Of a stretch of DNA of 64,000 nucleotides, positions 43,795 through 57,498 are shown piece after piece. This stretch comes from the human T2T-CHM13v2.0 reference genome, Homo sapiens. The notes beneath the pieces are model-generated. The model ran no database searches. It was not told where the DNA came from and saw only the letters and a list, made by a program, of their open reading frames with translations. Numbering within the stretch: the stretch's first letter is position 1; every line of letters starts with the position of its first letter. The position numbers and the translations under genes were made by a program. Location of the stretch: the NCBI RefSeq assembly GCF_009914755.1, contig NC_060945.1; one strand, 5' to 3'.

Positions 43795-44636
43795 CTATGC
43801 CTTCATTTTGGGAGCCCAAATCTTTCTAGTGGGATTCTTGAATTTTAAAATGAGCAAAGTTATTGATATTATGTTTCTGTAACTAGATTCTCTTACCATC
43901 TCACTTTCCAATTCTGATATAATGACCAGTATAGAAAAAACACTCATAAAATTTGCTTCTGTATCTTGGACATATAAGAAATGTAGGGTCAAAAAGTCTT
44001 AAGAGTCAATATTTAAGAGCTATTATACATTTCCCTTAAATAAGAAGTAATGGCTTCTGAGTAAATGTTTTTACAGAACATCTATTTTTTTCTTATGGTT
44101 TACTGATACAATAAGTTTGGTCTAAAAGGGAGCAATAGGTTGATCATAGGTTAATTATATAATTTACATTACCCAAAAGCAAAAATTCCAGAAGATATTA
44201 CATACCAATTTATATATGGGAAGCCAAAAATATTGTTCAGATTTATGCCTTCTTGATTGTTAGTGTAAGTCACCGATAAATATCTGTGTCATCTGAAATT
44301 GATTTTCAAAACAATCTTGCTATTATTTATTAAAGTCATGGGTCAACCCAAGTCAAAACATTAGTAGAAAAAGCGTTCTTATTTATGTTAATGACTACAA
44401 AAATCATTGAATATCTTTTAAAGTTTTCAAAATGTCTCCTAAAATAGACCTATTTAAGCAATTCATTTTTAATTGAGAATTTTACACAATTATAGAGGTA
44501 CACTTATGACAAATTTAGCTCTGCTAAATATGATAATAATTTATTTAATTTTCTATTAAAGGGGAAAATAATCCATATCTCACAGGGTTTTATAAGGATA
44601 AATTGAGTAGTATATGGGGACACACTTAAATGTTGC

Positions 44637-46895
44637 TGATATGGTTTGGCTGTGTCCCAACCCAAATCTCACACTGAATTGTGATAATCCCCATGTGTCA
44701 AAGGTGGAGATAATAGAATCATGGGGGCAGTTTCCCCCATACTCTTCTTGTGGTAGAGAATAAGTCTCACTAGAGTTGATTGTTTTATAAAGGGCAGTTC
44801 CCCTGCACATGCGCTCTTGCCTGCCACCATGTGAGACATGCCTTTGCTCCTCCTTTGCTTTCTGCCATGATTGTGAGGCCTCCCCAGCCATGTTGAACTG
44901 TGAGTCCATTAAATCTCTTTACTTTATAAATTACTCAGTCCTAGGTGTGTCTTTATAAGCACCATAAGAGCAAACTAATACAGTAAATTGGTGCCCACAG
45001 AGTGGGATGCTGCTGTAAAGACAGCCAAAAATGTGGAAGTGACTTTGGAACTGAGTAACAGGCAGAGGTTGGAACAGTTTGGAGGGCTCAGAAGAAAACA
45101 AGAAAATGTGAGAAAGTTTGCAACTTCCTAGAGACTTGTTGAATGACTTTACCCAAAATGCTGATAATGATATGGACAATGAAATCCAGGCTGATGTGAT
45201 CTCAGATGGAGACGAGGAACTTGTTTGGAGCTGGATTAAAGATGACTCTTGCTATGTTTTAGCAAAAAGACTGGCAGCATTTTGCCCCTGACCTAGAAAT
45301 TTGTGGAACTTTGAACTTGAGAGAGCTGATTTAGGGTATCAGACAGAAGAAATTTCTAAGCAGCAAAGCATTCAAGATGTGACTTGGGTGCTGTTAAAAG
45401 CACTCAGTTTAAAAAAAAAAAAAACAGCATAAAAGTTCAGAAAATTTGTAGTCTGGTGATGCAATAGAAAAGAAAAACTCATTTTCTAAGGAGAAATTCA
45501 AGCTGGCTGCAGAAATTTGCATAAGTAACAAGGAGCCAATTTCCCCCCATTTACAGTGGGGAAAATGTCTCCACAGCATGTCAGAGACCTTTGCAGCAGC
45601 CCCTCCCATCACAGGCCTGGAGGCTTAGGAGGGAAAATGATTTTGTGGGCCGGGCCCAGCACCTCCCTGGTGTGTGCAGCCTAGGGACTTTGTGCCCTGC
45701 ATCCCAGCCACTCTAACCATGGCTAAAAGGGTCCAAGGTACAGATCAGGCCATGGCTTCAGAAGATGCAAGCCCCAAGCCTTGGTGGCTTCCATGTGTTG
45801 TTGAGCCCACCAGTACAGAGAAGTCAGGAATTGAGGTTCAGGAACCTTTGCCTAGATTTCAGAGGATGTATGAAAATGCCTGGATGTCCAGGCTGAAGTT
45901 TGCTGCAGGGGAGAAGCCCTCATGCAAAACCTCTGCTAGGGAAGTTTGGAAGGGAAATGTGGGATTGAAGCCCCAACACAGAGTCTCCACTGGGGCATTG
46001 CCTAGTGGAGCTGTAAGGAAAGGGCCACTGTCCTCTAGACTGAAGAATGGTAGGTCCACCGACAGCTTGCACCGTGCTCCTGGAAAAGTTGCAGACACTC
46101 AATGCCAGCTCATGAAAGCAGCTGGGAAGCAGGATGTACCCTGCAAAGCCACAGGGGCAGAGCTGCCCAAGACCCTGGGAACCTACCTCTTGCATCAGCG
46201 TGACCTTAATGTGAGACACAGAGTCAAAGTAGATCATTTTGGAGCTTTAAGATTTGACTGCCCTGTTGGATTTTGGACTTGCATAGGGTCTGTAGCCCCT
46301 TTGTTTTGGCCAATTTCTCCCATTTTAAATTGGTGTATTTACCTAATGCCTGTACCCCCATTGTATCTAGGAAGTAACTGACTTGCTTTTGATTTTACAG
46401 GCTCATAGGTGGAAGGGACTTGCCTTATCTCAGATGAGACATTGGACTATGGACTTTTGAGTTAATGCTGAAATGAGTTAAGACTTTGGGGGTCTGTCGG
46501 GAAGGCATGGTTGGTTTTGAAATGTGAAGATATCAGATTTGGAAGGGGCCAAGGACAAAATGATATGGTTTGGCTATGTCTCCACCCAAATTTCACCTTG
46601 GATTGTAATAAAACCCAGGTGGAGATAATTGAATCATGGGGGTGGTTTTCCCATACTGTTCTCATGGTAGTAAATAAGTCTCATGAGAGATGATGGTTTT
46701 ATAAAGGGCAGTTCCCCTGCACACAGACTCTTGCCTCCACCATGTAAGATGTGCGTTTGCTCCTCATTTGCCTCCTGCCGTGATTGTGAGGCCTCTCCAA
46801 CCATGTGGAACTGTGAGTCCATTAAACCTCTTTCCTTTATAAATTACTCAGTCCTGGGTATGTCTTTATTAGCAGCATGAAAACAAACTCATATA
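44637..46895 (+). mobile_element. Full-length THE1 (THE1C-like) MaLR provirus: 5' LTR 44637-44982, internal 44983-46560, 3' LTR 46561-46895
   Basis: Both LTRs start TGATATGGTTTGGCT; THE1-int sequence lies between them; perfect 5-bp TSD GTTGC at 44632-44636 and 46896-46900. Confidence 0.97.
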
Positions 46896-46959
46896 GTTGC
46901 CTAGGACACAGTTCATACCCAAAGAAAAACTTAAAAAATATTTTCCTTGTTACTTTTCT

Positions 46960-47437
46960 ATGGTAGGCAGAATAATGGCTCCTACAGAGATCCATGTTCT
47001 AATTTCCAAAACCTGTCATGGCAAAAAGGGACTTTACAGATGTGATTAAATCAAGGACTTTGAGATAGGGAGATAATCTGGATTATCCAGGGGGATCCGA
47101 TGTAGTTGCAAGGGTCCTTATTAAGAGGAAGGAAGGAGGGTCAGAGTCAGAAAAATTCTGCGTAATGACAAAGAGGAGAGAAGCAGAGTCAGAGAGAGAA
47201 GATACTACGTGAGTTACTTAGAAGATGGAGGAAGAGGTTATGAGCCCAAAGATGCAGGTGGCTTCTAGAAAAGGCAAACAAATAGCATCCCTTCTATATC
47301 CTTTCTGTTTACACCTTGATTTTAGCCCCTTAAGACTCAGTTTTGGATTTCTGACCACCAGAACTGTAAGATAAAATCCTTTGTTGCTTTAAACCACCAG
47401 ATTTGTGGTGACATGAGCAGTAGAAAACTGACCTACA
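46960..47437 (+). mobile_element. MLT1C/D-type MaLR LTR
   Basis: ggtaggcagaataatggc...gggactttacagatgtgattaa...gcagtagaaaactga. Confidence 0.85.
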
Positions 47438-48384
47438 CCTCCCTGTTCATGTTCTAGAACTTCTAGGGTAATTCCTCAAGTTTTACCTTTAGGTATCTTC
47501 TCTGCCTGTGAGACCATTACCAATGGAAAAGGATCTTCCCATTGCTTTTTAGGTCAGAGAAAGAGAGAGAGGGAGAGAGAGAGAGAGAAGGAAGAGCAAG
47601 AAAAAGAGGAAGCAAGCCAGGTAGAGCGGTGAATGCTGTAATGCAAAGGTAACATAAATGTGAGACATTTTTCAGGGGGCGGGGCATGGGGGAAGGCATA
47701 CTGGAGAAGCTTTAGTGCTGCTAGTTAGAAAGATGAATTTTGGTACAAATAGCGACTCCAGTGTTAAGGGTAATCAAGTCTTAAGTTGTATAAATAATAT
47801 CCAACATTTCTTTAATAAAAACAAGGGAAATAAAATACCTGTGTTCTTATCCTTCTGGGAAAAATGATGATAGAAAGAACCATTCAGTCATTTCCAAGAT
47901 GTCACAGGCATTCTTCTAGTAAGGAGGTAGAGGCCATGCTGTTGTTTTCCAGAGGGGTGCTACCAGTGTTGAATGCCACTGAATTCTTAAGTTGCACTTT
48001 TAATCTTTCAATATATTTTTTGTTCTGGGAGCAATAATCCCATTGAGACTCAGGGCAGGGAGTTAAGGTACATTTAGGAAATGCTGATAAAAATAAAGTA
48101 AGCCCTTCAAAAGATCAGTGAGAAACCCAGGCTCAAGGTCTTGTTGTTTCACCAGCCTCAGTACAGGACAATTAGCCCTGTATCCACTCTACAGGAGGCC
48201 AACCGTTAGATGCCCCTTTGCCGTGCAGAGCCTAGACTTGCATAGAATTAGAATGGGTCCCAGCCTCCATACCTCCTTCCATTTCTCAAGAAAATATCAT
48301 GTATTTTCCATCTCCTTGCTAAATGATTTCATGTAGGGCTTGATTTTGATTTCTCTTAAGAAGTTAATTATCTAGGAAAAAAGG

Positions 48385-48536
48385 TCATAGCTCATTGCAG
48401 CTTTGAACTCCTGGACTCAAGTGATCCTCTTGCCTCAGTGTCTCAAGCAGCTGGGACTACAGGTGTGCATTACCATGCCCAGCTAATTTTTATATTTTTT
48501 GTAGAGACATGGTCTCTCTGTGTTGCCCAGGCTGGG
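48385..48536 (-). mobile_element. AluJ/FLAM fragment
   Basis: catagctcattgcagctttgaactcctgg...tgttgcccaggctgg. Confidence 0.85.
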
Positions 48537-49098
48537 TACCCTTTTCTGAAAAGCAGCCTTCATATAGAAATTAGAAAACCTGGGCCCTGTGTAGGGACAC
48601 AAATAACAGAATAGAAACACGTTTGAAGACCCTAGAAAAAGGAAGCTGGAGTAACAGAAGCTAAAACCTTTCTTCTTTGTATGCATCTTAAAATAGAAGT
48701 ATATTGATAAAAATGAAGGTATTATAGGAGATTTTGTTTTTAGAGCCAAAAGCTAAGCCAACTCCTTTTTCTGTTTTTACTTCTCTGCTGAATCGCTGTC
48801 CTGTCCTCCAAAGAGGACCCTGCCCTTACCATTGCACTTTTGCCTTGCTCTTTTAGCCTCCAAGATATAATCACCAGAGTTATAGTAGATGTTCTTTATT
48901 CCTCTTAAGAGATGCATTTTTGCACCTGAACTCTGTAGCTGAACTTCTTTCTCTGGTCTGTCTGATTCTCAGGACTGACTTTTTATTTATTTTTTTAATA
49001 CTTTGGAAAACTTTTGCTATATTTGGCTATATACATTTAAAGAAAATGAAAGACATCTCATTTTCATTGTTTGGTCTCTAAATCTACCACTGCTGTCC

Positions 49099-49620
49099 TG
49101 TATCAGTTAGCTATTGCTGTGTAACAAGCCAACCAAATTTCAGTGGATTATAGACCCAAAAGTATCCTTTATTGCTTATGAGTCTCCAGGTTAGCTGAGC
49201 AGTTCTGGTCACAGCTGGGCCCAGGCACATAGCTTCAGTTAGCTGTGGGTGTGGCAAACGTGGCTCTGATGACCTTGGCTGGTCCTTCTCACGTTCTCCA
49301 GAATCAACTGGCTGCAAACAAGTCTAGGATGGCCTCAGCTGTGATAACTGGGATCTCTTCATATGGTGTCTCACTCCTGCAGGCTAGCCTGGATTTGTTC
49401 ACAGGACAGTGATGGAGTTCTGAGAGAGCATGGAAACCCACACAGCCACTGACGTCCGCCTTAGATTCAGCACATGGTTACTTTCACTGCATTCTATTGA
49501 CCAAAATAAGTCCAAAGGTCAACTTAAGGCAGAGAAACAGACTCCATCTCTTAAAGGGAGGAACTGCAAATGGAGGGAGAGAGAAAGTACAAGGAATATT
49601 TTTTTAAATCAACGAACATA
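49099..49620 (-). mobile_element. Ancient MaLR LTR (MLT1 family)
   Basis: tgtatcagttagctattgctgtgtaacaa...tgcattctattgaccaaa. Confidence 0.7.
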
Positions 49621-50670
49621 TTTCTCTGTGTGGAAAAGCTAGAGCATGCCCTACTATTGCTTTAACAAAGAAAACCATCCTAAACTGGCTTTTGGTTTTG
49701 AATACTGTGTTTGGTTCAATGGTTTTAACAAAACAGATGTCAATCTTTGAAAACATAGTCTACCACTTAATTCTTTCTGCTTAGATCTTCCCACAAATAT
49801 GGAACATCTGCCCTTGAATAGACAAAATAATAAAGAAAAGTGGTATGTGGAGTCTGAGACTTCAGTTCATCAGAATATACCTTTGCTTCTGCAATGCCTT
49901 TTAATTACAATAGATTGAAAAACAACAAAAACCTTACAAACAAAACCTCTAATTCTTCTTCAAATTAGTAAAGAAATATACTCCTTGCTTGGTTTCAACA
50001 ACAAGCTTTCTACTAACATTACTTGTTTTCACACTTCTTACATCTATAGTCTATTCTGGATGGGAGAGTTTTATTATCTCATGTATACATTTAATTAAGT
50101 AGCTTTAATTAATAAGGCAAGAAAGTTTTGCCTGAAGAACCCTGGATGATTTTTTTCTGTCAGGGCCAAGAAAAGTTGATTAGCACCTAGAATATCCATT
50201 CTCTGGAACTCAACAATGTCTTCAGGTTTTAGACTGAAACTGACATTGCTCCTTTTGAATAAGGGTGAATTTTCTTCTCAGAGACCTCAGGTGTGTACTT
50301 TTCATTGGCTATTTGAGTGTCTTCTCCTAATAAAGACATCTTACTGGTCTGTTGGTCACTGGTTTTCCTCCCTAGCCTCTATAGGCTTTCTGTAGCTTGC
50401 AGTGTAATTTTTCACATGAACAATTTCTAAAGAGCAAACAATTCTGCATAATGCTTGTACATTCATTTCTCCAGAAACTTGCTATTTATCTTTCAGGAGA
50501 AAATCTACTTCTTTCAATGTGTGGTCCCATATAGGTTGCAGAGCAAAAAAAAAATTGTATGTGAAAATGAGATGAAAATCTCACCTAAGTGATATATTTG
50601 TGTGTGTGTGTGTGTGTGTATAGTTCAGAAAGCTACACTTTTTTCTCTCTGCCTTCCATATTTTCTTTAA

Positions 50671-51000
<330 letters not shown>

Positions 51001-52069
51001 TACAATGCATTCTTATTAATAGCTTGTAAAGGGCCACTGGCACCTCTAGGCTTTTCGTTAGTGTCAATTAATTATGAATACGCTTGACAGAAAGATTCAG
51101 TTATCCAATGGGGATATTTTTGATAAAGGCTTTTAATCATACAGAAGCTCACTTCTGAATGTGCCGTAAGTGGTAAAGGGGCTCTTCTCTTAAAAGGCAG
51201 TAATCCTTTACTGTGGAGGCTCACAATAAAAACACAGCTACGATATATGTCAGGGCTCCTCCTGCTTCTCAGACTCATTGTCCAGAACTTTAATTTTTCA
51301 AGAGGTAAAGCACTGAAGTTATTCCATCCAGAGGCACACACATTCTTCAATTTAGTCTCTATCTTGAATCCCTGCTTGATTTTCTGTCCTGGAGAAGCAA
51401 GTCTGAACAATCTCCATTTCCCTTTGTTGAGCTGCTACCTAGCAATATTCATGTAGCATTGTTTGTGCTTGGCCTGACTGACTGTCCTAGTATTAAGTAT
51501 CTTTGTCATTATTATTGTTAAATATTTTTGAGCTCTTCGTACATGCTGGGAAGGCTTTGCATTAGGGTGAGATGTTGAGAAACCAGTCCCAGGTGGAGAG
51601 CAACCAGTCTATCATATCTGCCTATTTCTGCCAAATGCTTCTTTCCATTGCTTTGGGAAAGAGCTGTTTGTTACTATGGTTATTTTTATTATATTGGCAG
51701 GAGATATAAAAGCTTAGCTGTCTGCAGTTCTGCATGTGATACTGGGATATATAGGAGAACAACTCTTTGGGGTACAGCTTTTCTTCCAATTCCGTTCATC
51801 CTCTCTATGACCAGACCTTTCCAGGGTGCTGCCGGGCAGGAAAGCTGCCTCGGTTGCAATTCCATCTCAGGAATTCTGGGCAGCCAACTTTCTACATTTT
51901 GCTTTGCCAACATTATTCCACCTGCTTTCTTTCAGACCATTTTGTTTAACTATCTCCCTCTGCTGATGCCTTCACCAATCCCCCAACACACACTTTCTTT
52001 GCAGTTGTGGATTTACTTGTTGTTTTCTTATTTTTCTGAAATTTTAAGTGAGTCTCAAAAGAGGGAGGG

Positions 52070-52230
52070 TAGGGTCACCCAATTTACTAGATAAATACAG
52101 GACACCCAGTTACATTTTAATTTCGGATATACAACAATATTTTGTAAGTGTGAGTATGTCCCATGAAGTATTTGGGGTACGCTGATATTGAAAAAAATTA
52201 AAATAAAAATCTTATTGTTTATCTGACAGT
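52070..52230. mobile_element. MER53-like MITE
   Basis: aaatacaggacacccagtta...gtatgtcccatg..tatttggg; a second fragment lies near 61255-61330. Confidence 0.7.
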
Positions 52231-53101
52231 CCTAAGAGGTGAATCTCACCTACTGGCACATTCAGGCTTCTGTCGTTAAGTTGAACCTTCTTCTAGATTT
52301 ATGATGCTTCCTTACATTTTGTAGCAGTCCCAAACACCAAGAATATATGAGAGTAGGTTCAAGGTAATTTCAACTTTCTCATAATCTTCATTTCGTTGGT
52401 AGCTTTTCAGTTATATTCTTTATCACCTTGTTAGAGTAAAATATAACATGTGGTTATTCTAAATGACCTTTCTTCAGCCTTTTTCTGAGACTGTAATAAC
52501 CTCAAGGCTAAAATCCAAGAGCTCATAGAACTGTATTTATTAACGTTTATACAGAACCCATTTTGAAGTTCAGGCTCAGTAGAAACAATCCTTTCAGAGT
52601 TGAGATAATTTTTCCAGAGGGATAAAACATGGACATCATTTCTTTTTCACTTATCTTAACTACTCTGTATCATTTTCATTGTAGCTCATGATGACTTCTT
52701 CACTAGAGCAAGCGGAAAGAGAGCGCAGTTATATATGCAGATGGCCTGGCTTTATTGTCATGAAATAGAATGGATTTTGTTGAAAACTAGTCATGTTATT
52801 TAATTACTAACAAGAAAAAATAAAATACAACCAAATATTCTAAATAAAGCTTCATCATTTTGGGTGCCCCATATTACTTATCCAACTTGCATCCCCAACT
52901 GTCTTAAACAATGAAAGATTTCCCCTATCTTTGAATTAATTTTTTAAACATTTTAATTCGGAAGGACACCTTAAATTTACATTACCTACTGTTTGACAGG
53001 CTCTGGTTGTTAATGAGTTTCGCTTTTGTTTGGTTTTTGTTTGTTTTTTTGTTGTTGCTACTGTTTTTAATAATGTAAGGTCATCATCATTTGTGTACAT
53101 T

Positions 53102-53597
53102 TGAGGTAAAAGGCCAGACTCAACTCTGGAGGTGGAGATTTCACAAGGGACCAAATGGAGGACTAGCTTACACAGGGCCAAGGCTAAAGCAGCTTTCCAT
53201 GGACACACCCACCAGGGTGCCATGTCAGTTTACCATTGCCATGGCAACACTTGGACGTTACTGTCTCTTTCCATGGCAACAACCTGACAATCCAGAAGTT
53301 ACCACCCTTTCCCTAGAAATTTCTGCATAAACCACCCATTAATTTGCATATAAATAAAAGTGAGTATAAACAGGACTGCTGAAGTGCCTCTGAGCTGCTT
53401 TTCTGGGCACACTGCCTGTAGGGTAGTCCTGGTCTTAAGGAGCAGTACGTCTGCTGCTGTACACTGCTGCTTCAATACAAATTGCTGTTTAACCCACCTG
53501 TTTAACACCACCAGCTTACCGTTGAATTCTTTCCTGGGCAAAGCCAAGAACCCTCCCTCTCTAAGCCCCAGTTTGGGGGCTTGCCTGTCCTGCATCA
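53102..53597 (+). mobile_element. ERV1 solo LTR (MER41C/D- or LTR19-like group)
   Basis: TGAGGT...CCTGCATCA termini; ttctttcctgggcaaagccaagaaccct; flanks CATT/CAGT. Confidence 0.8.
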
Positions 53598-55189
53598 CAG
53601 TGACTTTTCTGGAGTTAAGTGGTTGCCACGGGTGCTATAGTGATGAGAATTGAGGTCTTGATTGGTCACTGGTTTGCTTGTTAAAGTGGAGCTGGAATTA
53701 GTTCTGGGTGATGACTTTGACTCTGTTTTCAGGTTCCTGGGATTCCTGCTTGTAGGAGCAGGGTGACTTCTGCTTAAGTATCTGTTTGCATCACATTCCT
53801 CACCACTCAGGAAAGGTCAGTATGGGAGAGCTGCATTTTTGGTTCTTATATGAGAATAGGATCTAAAACTTGTCATCAGTGTTTTGCCAAAGCTGAAGCA
53901 AGAGAAACACTGTGGATGGACAAATACCAGGCAGATGTGTCTATTCCTTTATGCTTTAAAACTCAACCTGTTGTGTAAGCCAGAACAGAAAGGAACTCAG
54001 AACTCATCTGGGCCATTTTATGTTATCCACCTGAAATTGCTATCCCCATCTCCATGACACGTTTTTCTCATGCAAATAACTTCCAAAGAAACAGAGTTAT
54101 GCAAATCATGTCTTTCTTTACCACCTCAAAAAAATCATGTCTTTTGAGGATGCGGCATACTCCATTAGCAGTTGTCTTCTGTTCATAAGGACCCAGAAAA
54201 TTTTCTCCAATCCTAATACCAAGAATAAATATGTTTCTTCTTGGAAGTCTATTTTTTTTTTCTATCTTCTGAACACTGTGAATTGTACAACATGGTTACA
54301 TCTCTTCAGTGATTGCAGGAAAGCTCAGAACAAAGTGTGTAGATTTTGAGCCAAATTTGGCTCAGAGCTAAAATCATATTTAGCATTAGGTATGGAACTC
54401 AAAGCACCATTTGTGTGTGTGTATGTGTGTGCACTAATCTCATCTCTGGCTATACTTTTTCTCTATTTTATTCTAATCTCACCTATTTTAATGCCTTTTA
54501 TTTTCTACATATCAAGATTAAAGACATATATAGAAACATTTTTAAAATATGAACAATCAATAAAAAATTTAAATTAAAAATGTTAAAATATCAACAAAAA
54601 ATTCAATTGTGCATCTCTCTTGCCTTACATACGTGTGTGCCTGTGTATATGCACATATACATATAAATTAAATTTTCTTGTATGTATTTTTATAAAGTAT
54701 TTTTTCAAACTTAAAAATCAATCACTTTTTTTCACATAGGACTACATGGCATTCCATTTTATAAGTGTGTTATAATTTATTTAAAGAGCCTTTTACGTTG
54801 TCAGACATTGGAGTGTTTTCCAGATTTCTGCTGTTATAAACAACTGTGTCACACTCTCTTTATAACAACTATTTGTGCACTTTATTCATGAATATATTTC
54901 AATAATTCTTAAGCATGGCTGTGCATCAGAATTATTCTGCCTAATAATCTCTTTAAATCCTTTGAGACCAAATTTAAATTTTACCTTTTCTAGAAATAAT
55001 TTCTAAGGAAGCCTGTCATCTGTCCTACAGAGAATTATTATACTCTCTAATATTCCCCATAGACTTTTTATATATTTTTGAGGGACGTTAAACTATTTTT
55101 AATGTATCTACTTCAATAACCAAGTATTGTATTAAAAGTGGCTTTTAACCAAGAATGTGCATCAGAATGCTATATTTGTGAAATACACT

Positions 55190-57065
55190 GTGAGTTCTGC
55201 TTCCCCTAAGGATGCAGAAAACCTCAAGAGAATGGAGCTCCTGATCTGACATAAGAAAAAGCTGGGTAACTTACAAAATAATACCTATTTTATTTTTAGG
55301 TTACCAGATTAGTGAGGTCCATCCCATGGCAACAAAATGAATGAAATTCCAAAGAGTGGCACCATTTGGAGGAAATATGGGCACATGACCTGCTTCACCT
55401 TTTCAAGGGCACAATAGGAAGAGGGGACCTCTATAGAAACCAGTAAGAAGCAATCAGCTAAAATTTTAAGAAATTCCTAAAGGCCAAGTGTGGGCTAGAG
55501 TTTCCCTTTGGTGTAGCTGGGAGCGGCAGGCGCAAGGGGAGTTAGTATCTATTTGCAAGCTCTTATCAAGGGCTTCTGCCCAGTGCTCAAGATTGGGGTA
55601 AGGCAGAAGAGACCTCCCTTGGTAGCACAGGAATACCAGGAGGCGATTGGCTGCCACTGGAGGAGAAAGGAAACACTGCTTCCTCCTCTAGACCCTTCTC
55701 TCATAGGAAAAGACATGAAACACTCCTGTTCCCATGGCCGAAGGTATGATCTACGCTTTTGTGCAAGAAGGGGAAGTAAAAACTGCTAGAAGGCAGGAAA
55801 CCCTCATAGGACCGAGATCCTACAAGGAATACAAAGCAGAATTTTGCTACCTCTGAGGACCGGACAGAAAAGTTTCTCTTTCCCCAAATCTACCATAGAT
55901 ATCAGAAAGAATTTGGCTGCCATGGAGAGGAGGAGCAAGAACAATTTTTTAAAAACATACATCCAAGACCCGGGTGCACAACGTGGACCAGGAGAATCAA
56001 GAATTACTGTTTCCACTGTAAGGCTAGCTCCAGATCACAATATGTGGTCTATCACTGAGGAAAGGGGCAAGAGCATGGAGAGAGACTCTGTGTTCTGCAA
56101 GCATGCAGGAACTTCTGAAAGCTCAGGGAGAAAAGGAACCCTGAGAAAAACTCTCCAGCACACTGGGTCCTAATTTAAGCAGACAGCGGCCCACTGCAAG
56201 AGGACTATGAAGTCTGTGATGCACTGAAGGCAATGATGGCAATGAGAAATCGAAACCCCTCTCACTCCTGAATAGACGGACTCAAACTCCCCTCCCCATC
56301 CATCCTCACCCCCACACACATGCATGCATGCATACATGCACATACACGCACAGGCATAAACCTCAACTTGACTGAAAGACATACACTCATGCCTTTTCCT
56401 GGGCATAAATACTATTTGCCTCAGTCTCTACTGATACACTACACATAAAATTTGGTACTGGATAAAAGATTAGAACACACACACACAGATAAAAAAAATC
56501 AGACTCGGAGATATTGGAACTCTCAGATGATAATTTTAATAATTGATATGCTAAGGGATCTAGTAGAAAAAGTAGACAAAATGCACAGACCCTGGAGAAT
56601 TTCAGCACAGAGATAACAGTCACATGAAAATGCTAGAAACAAAATACATGATATCCAAGATGAATCTCTTTGATGGGTTATTGCGCCAATTGGATAGCAC
56701 TGAGGGGGGAGTAAGTAAATCTGAAGGTAGGTCAATAGAAATTAACCAAACTGAAACACACAATAAGAAAAAGAAAAACAAACAGAAAGAGAAGACAGGG
56801 ATATTAGAATATTAGATTCCAAAAATATTAAAGAAATAAAGGCTAAAATTATTCCAAAATTAAACAAAGACAACAAACCACAAATCCATGAATTTTAAAG
56901 CAAATTGATCAGGATGAATACTAAACAAATCAAACTTAAATACTTCACTCCCAAGCTTCTGGAAACCAAAGATAAAGAGTCAATCTTGAAGTCATCAGAG
57001 TAAAAGAAACATTACATAAAGGGAAACGGTGATACTAATTAATTCAGATTTCTTTTTGTAAACAA
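55190..57065 (+). mobile_element. Ancient L1M 5' UTR and decayed ORF1
   Basis: ORF 56624-56815 (ISKMNLFDGLLRQLDSTEGGVSKSEGRSIEINQTE) resembles the L1 ORF1p coiled coil; frameshifted. Confidence 0.75.
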
Positions 57066-57498
57066 TGTGTATTTGTTTCCTAGGGCTGCCTTAACAAATT
57101 CCTGCACACTGTGTCACTTAAAATAAGAGAAATTTGTTTTCTTATGGTTCTGGAGACTAAAATTCTGAAATCAAGGTGTCAGCTGGGCCATGCCTGCTTC
57201 CTGGGAAGGCTGTAGAGAAGAACCCTTCTTTGCTGCCCTCAGCTTCAAGTGGTTGCTGCAATCCTTGGCTTATAGCTGCATCACTCCAGTTTCTGCCACT
57301 GGCTTCACATGGCTTCTTCCCTCTGTGTGTGCTTGTGTTTCTCCAAATCTCCCTCTCTTTATAAAGACACTGGTAATTGGATTACCACTCACCCTGATCA
57401 GGTATGACCACATTTTAACTGGCTTACATCTGCAAAGGTTAAGTGCTAGGTTTAGGACTTCTGCATATCTATTTGGGGACACAGTTCAACCCACAATA
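57066..57498 (-). mobile_element. MLT1B/C-type MaLR LTR
   Basis: tgtatttgtttcctagggctgcc...tctgaaatcaaggtgtcagc...gggacacagttcaacccacaa. Confidence 0.85.

Noticed and set aside
51648-52094. 148-aa ORF (also 31017-31412 and 12998-13438)
   Set aside because: No recognisable domain, non-coding-like composition and no supporting exon structure; within chance expectation.
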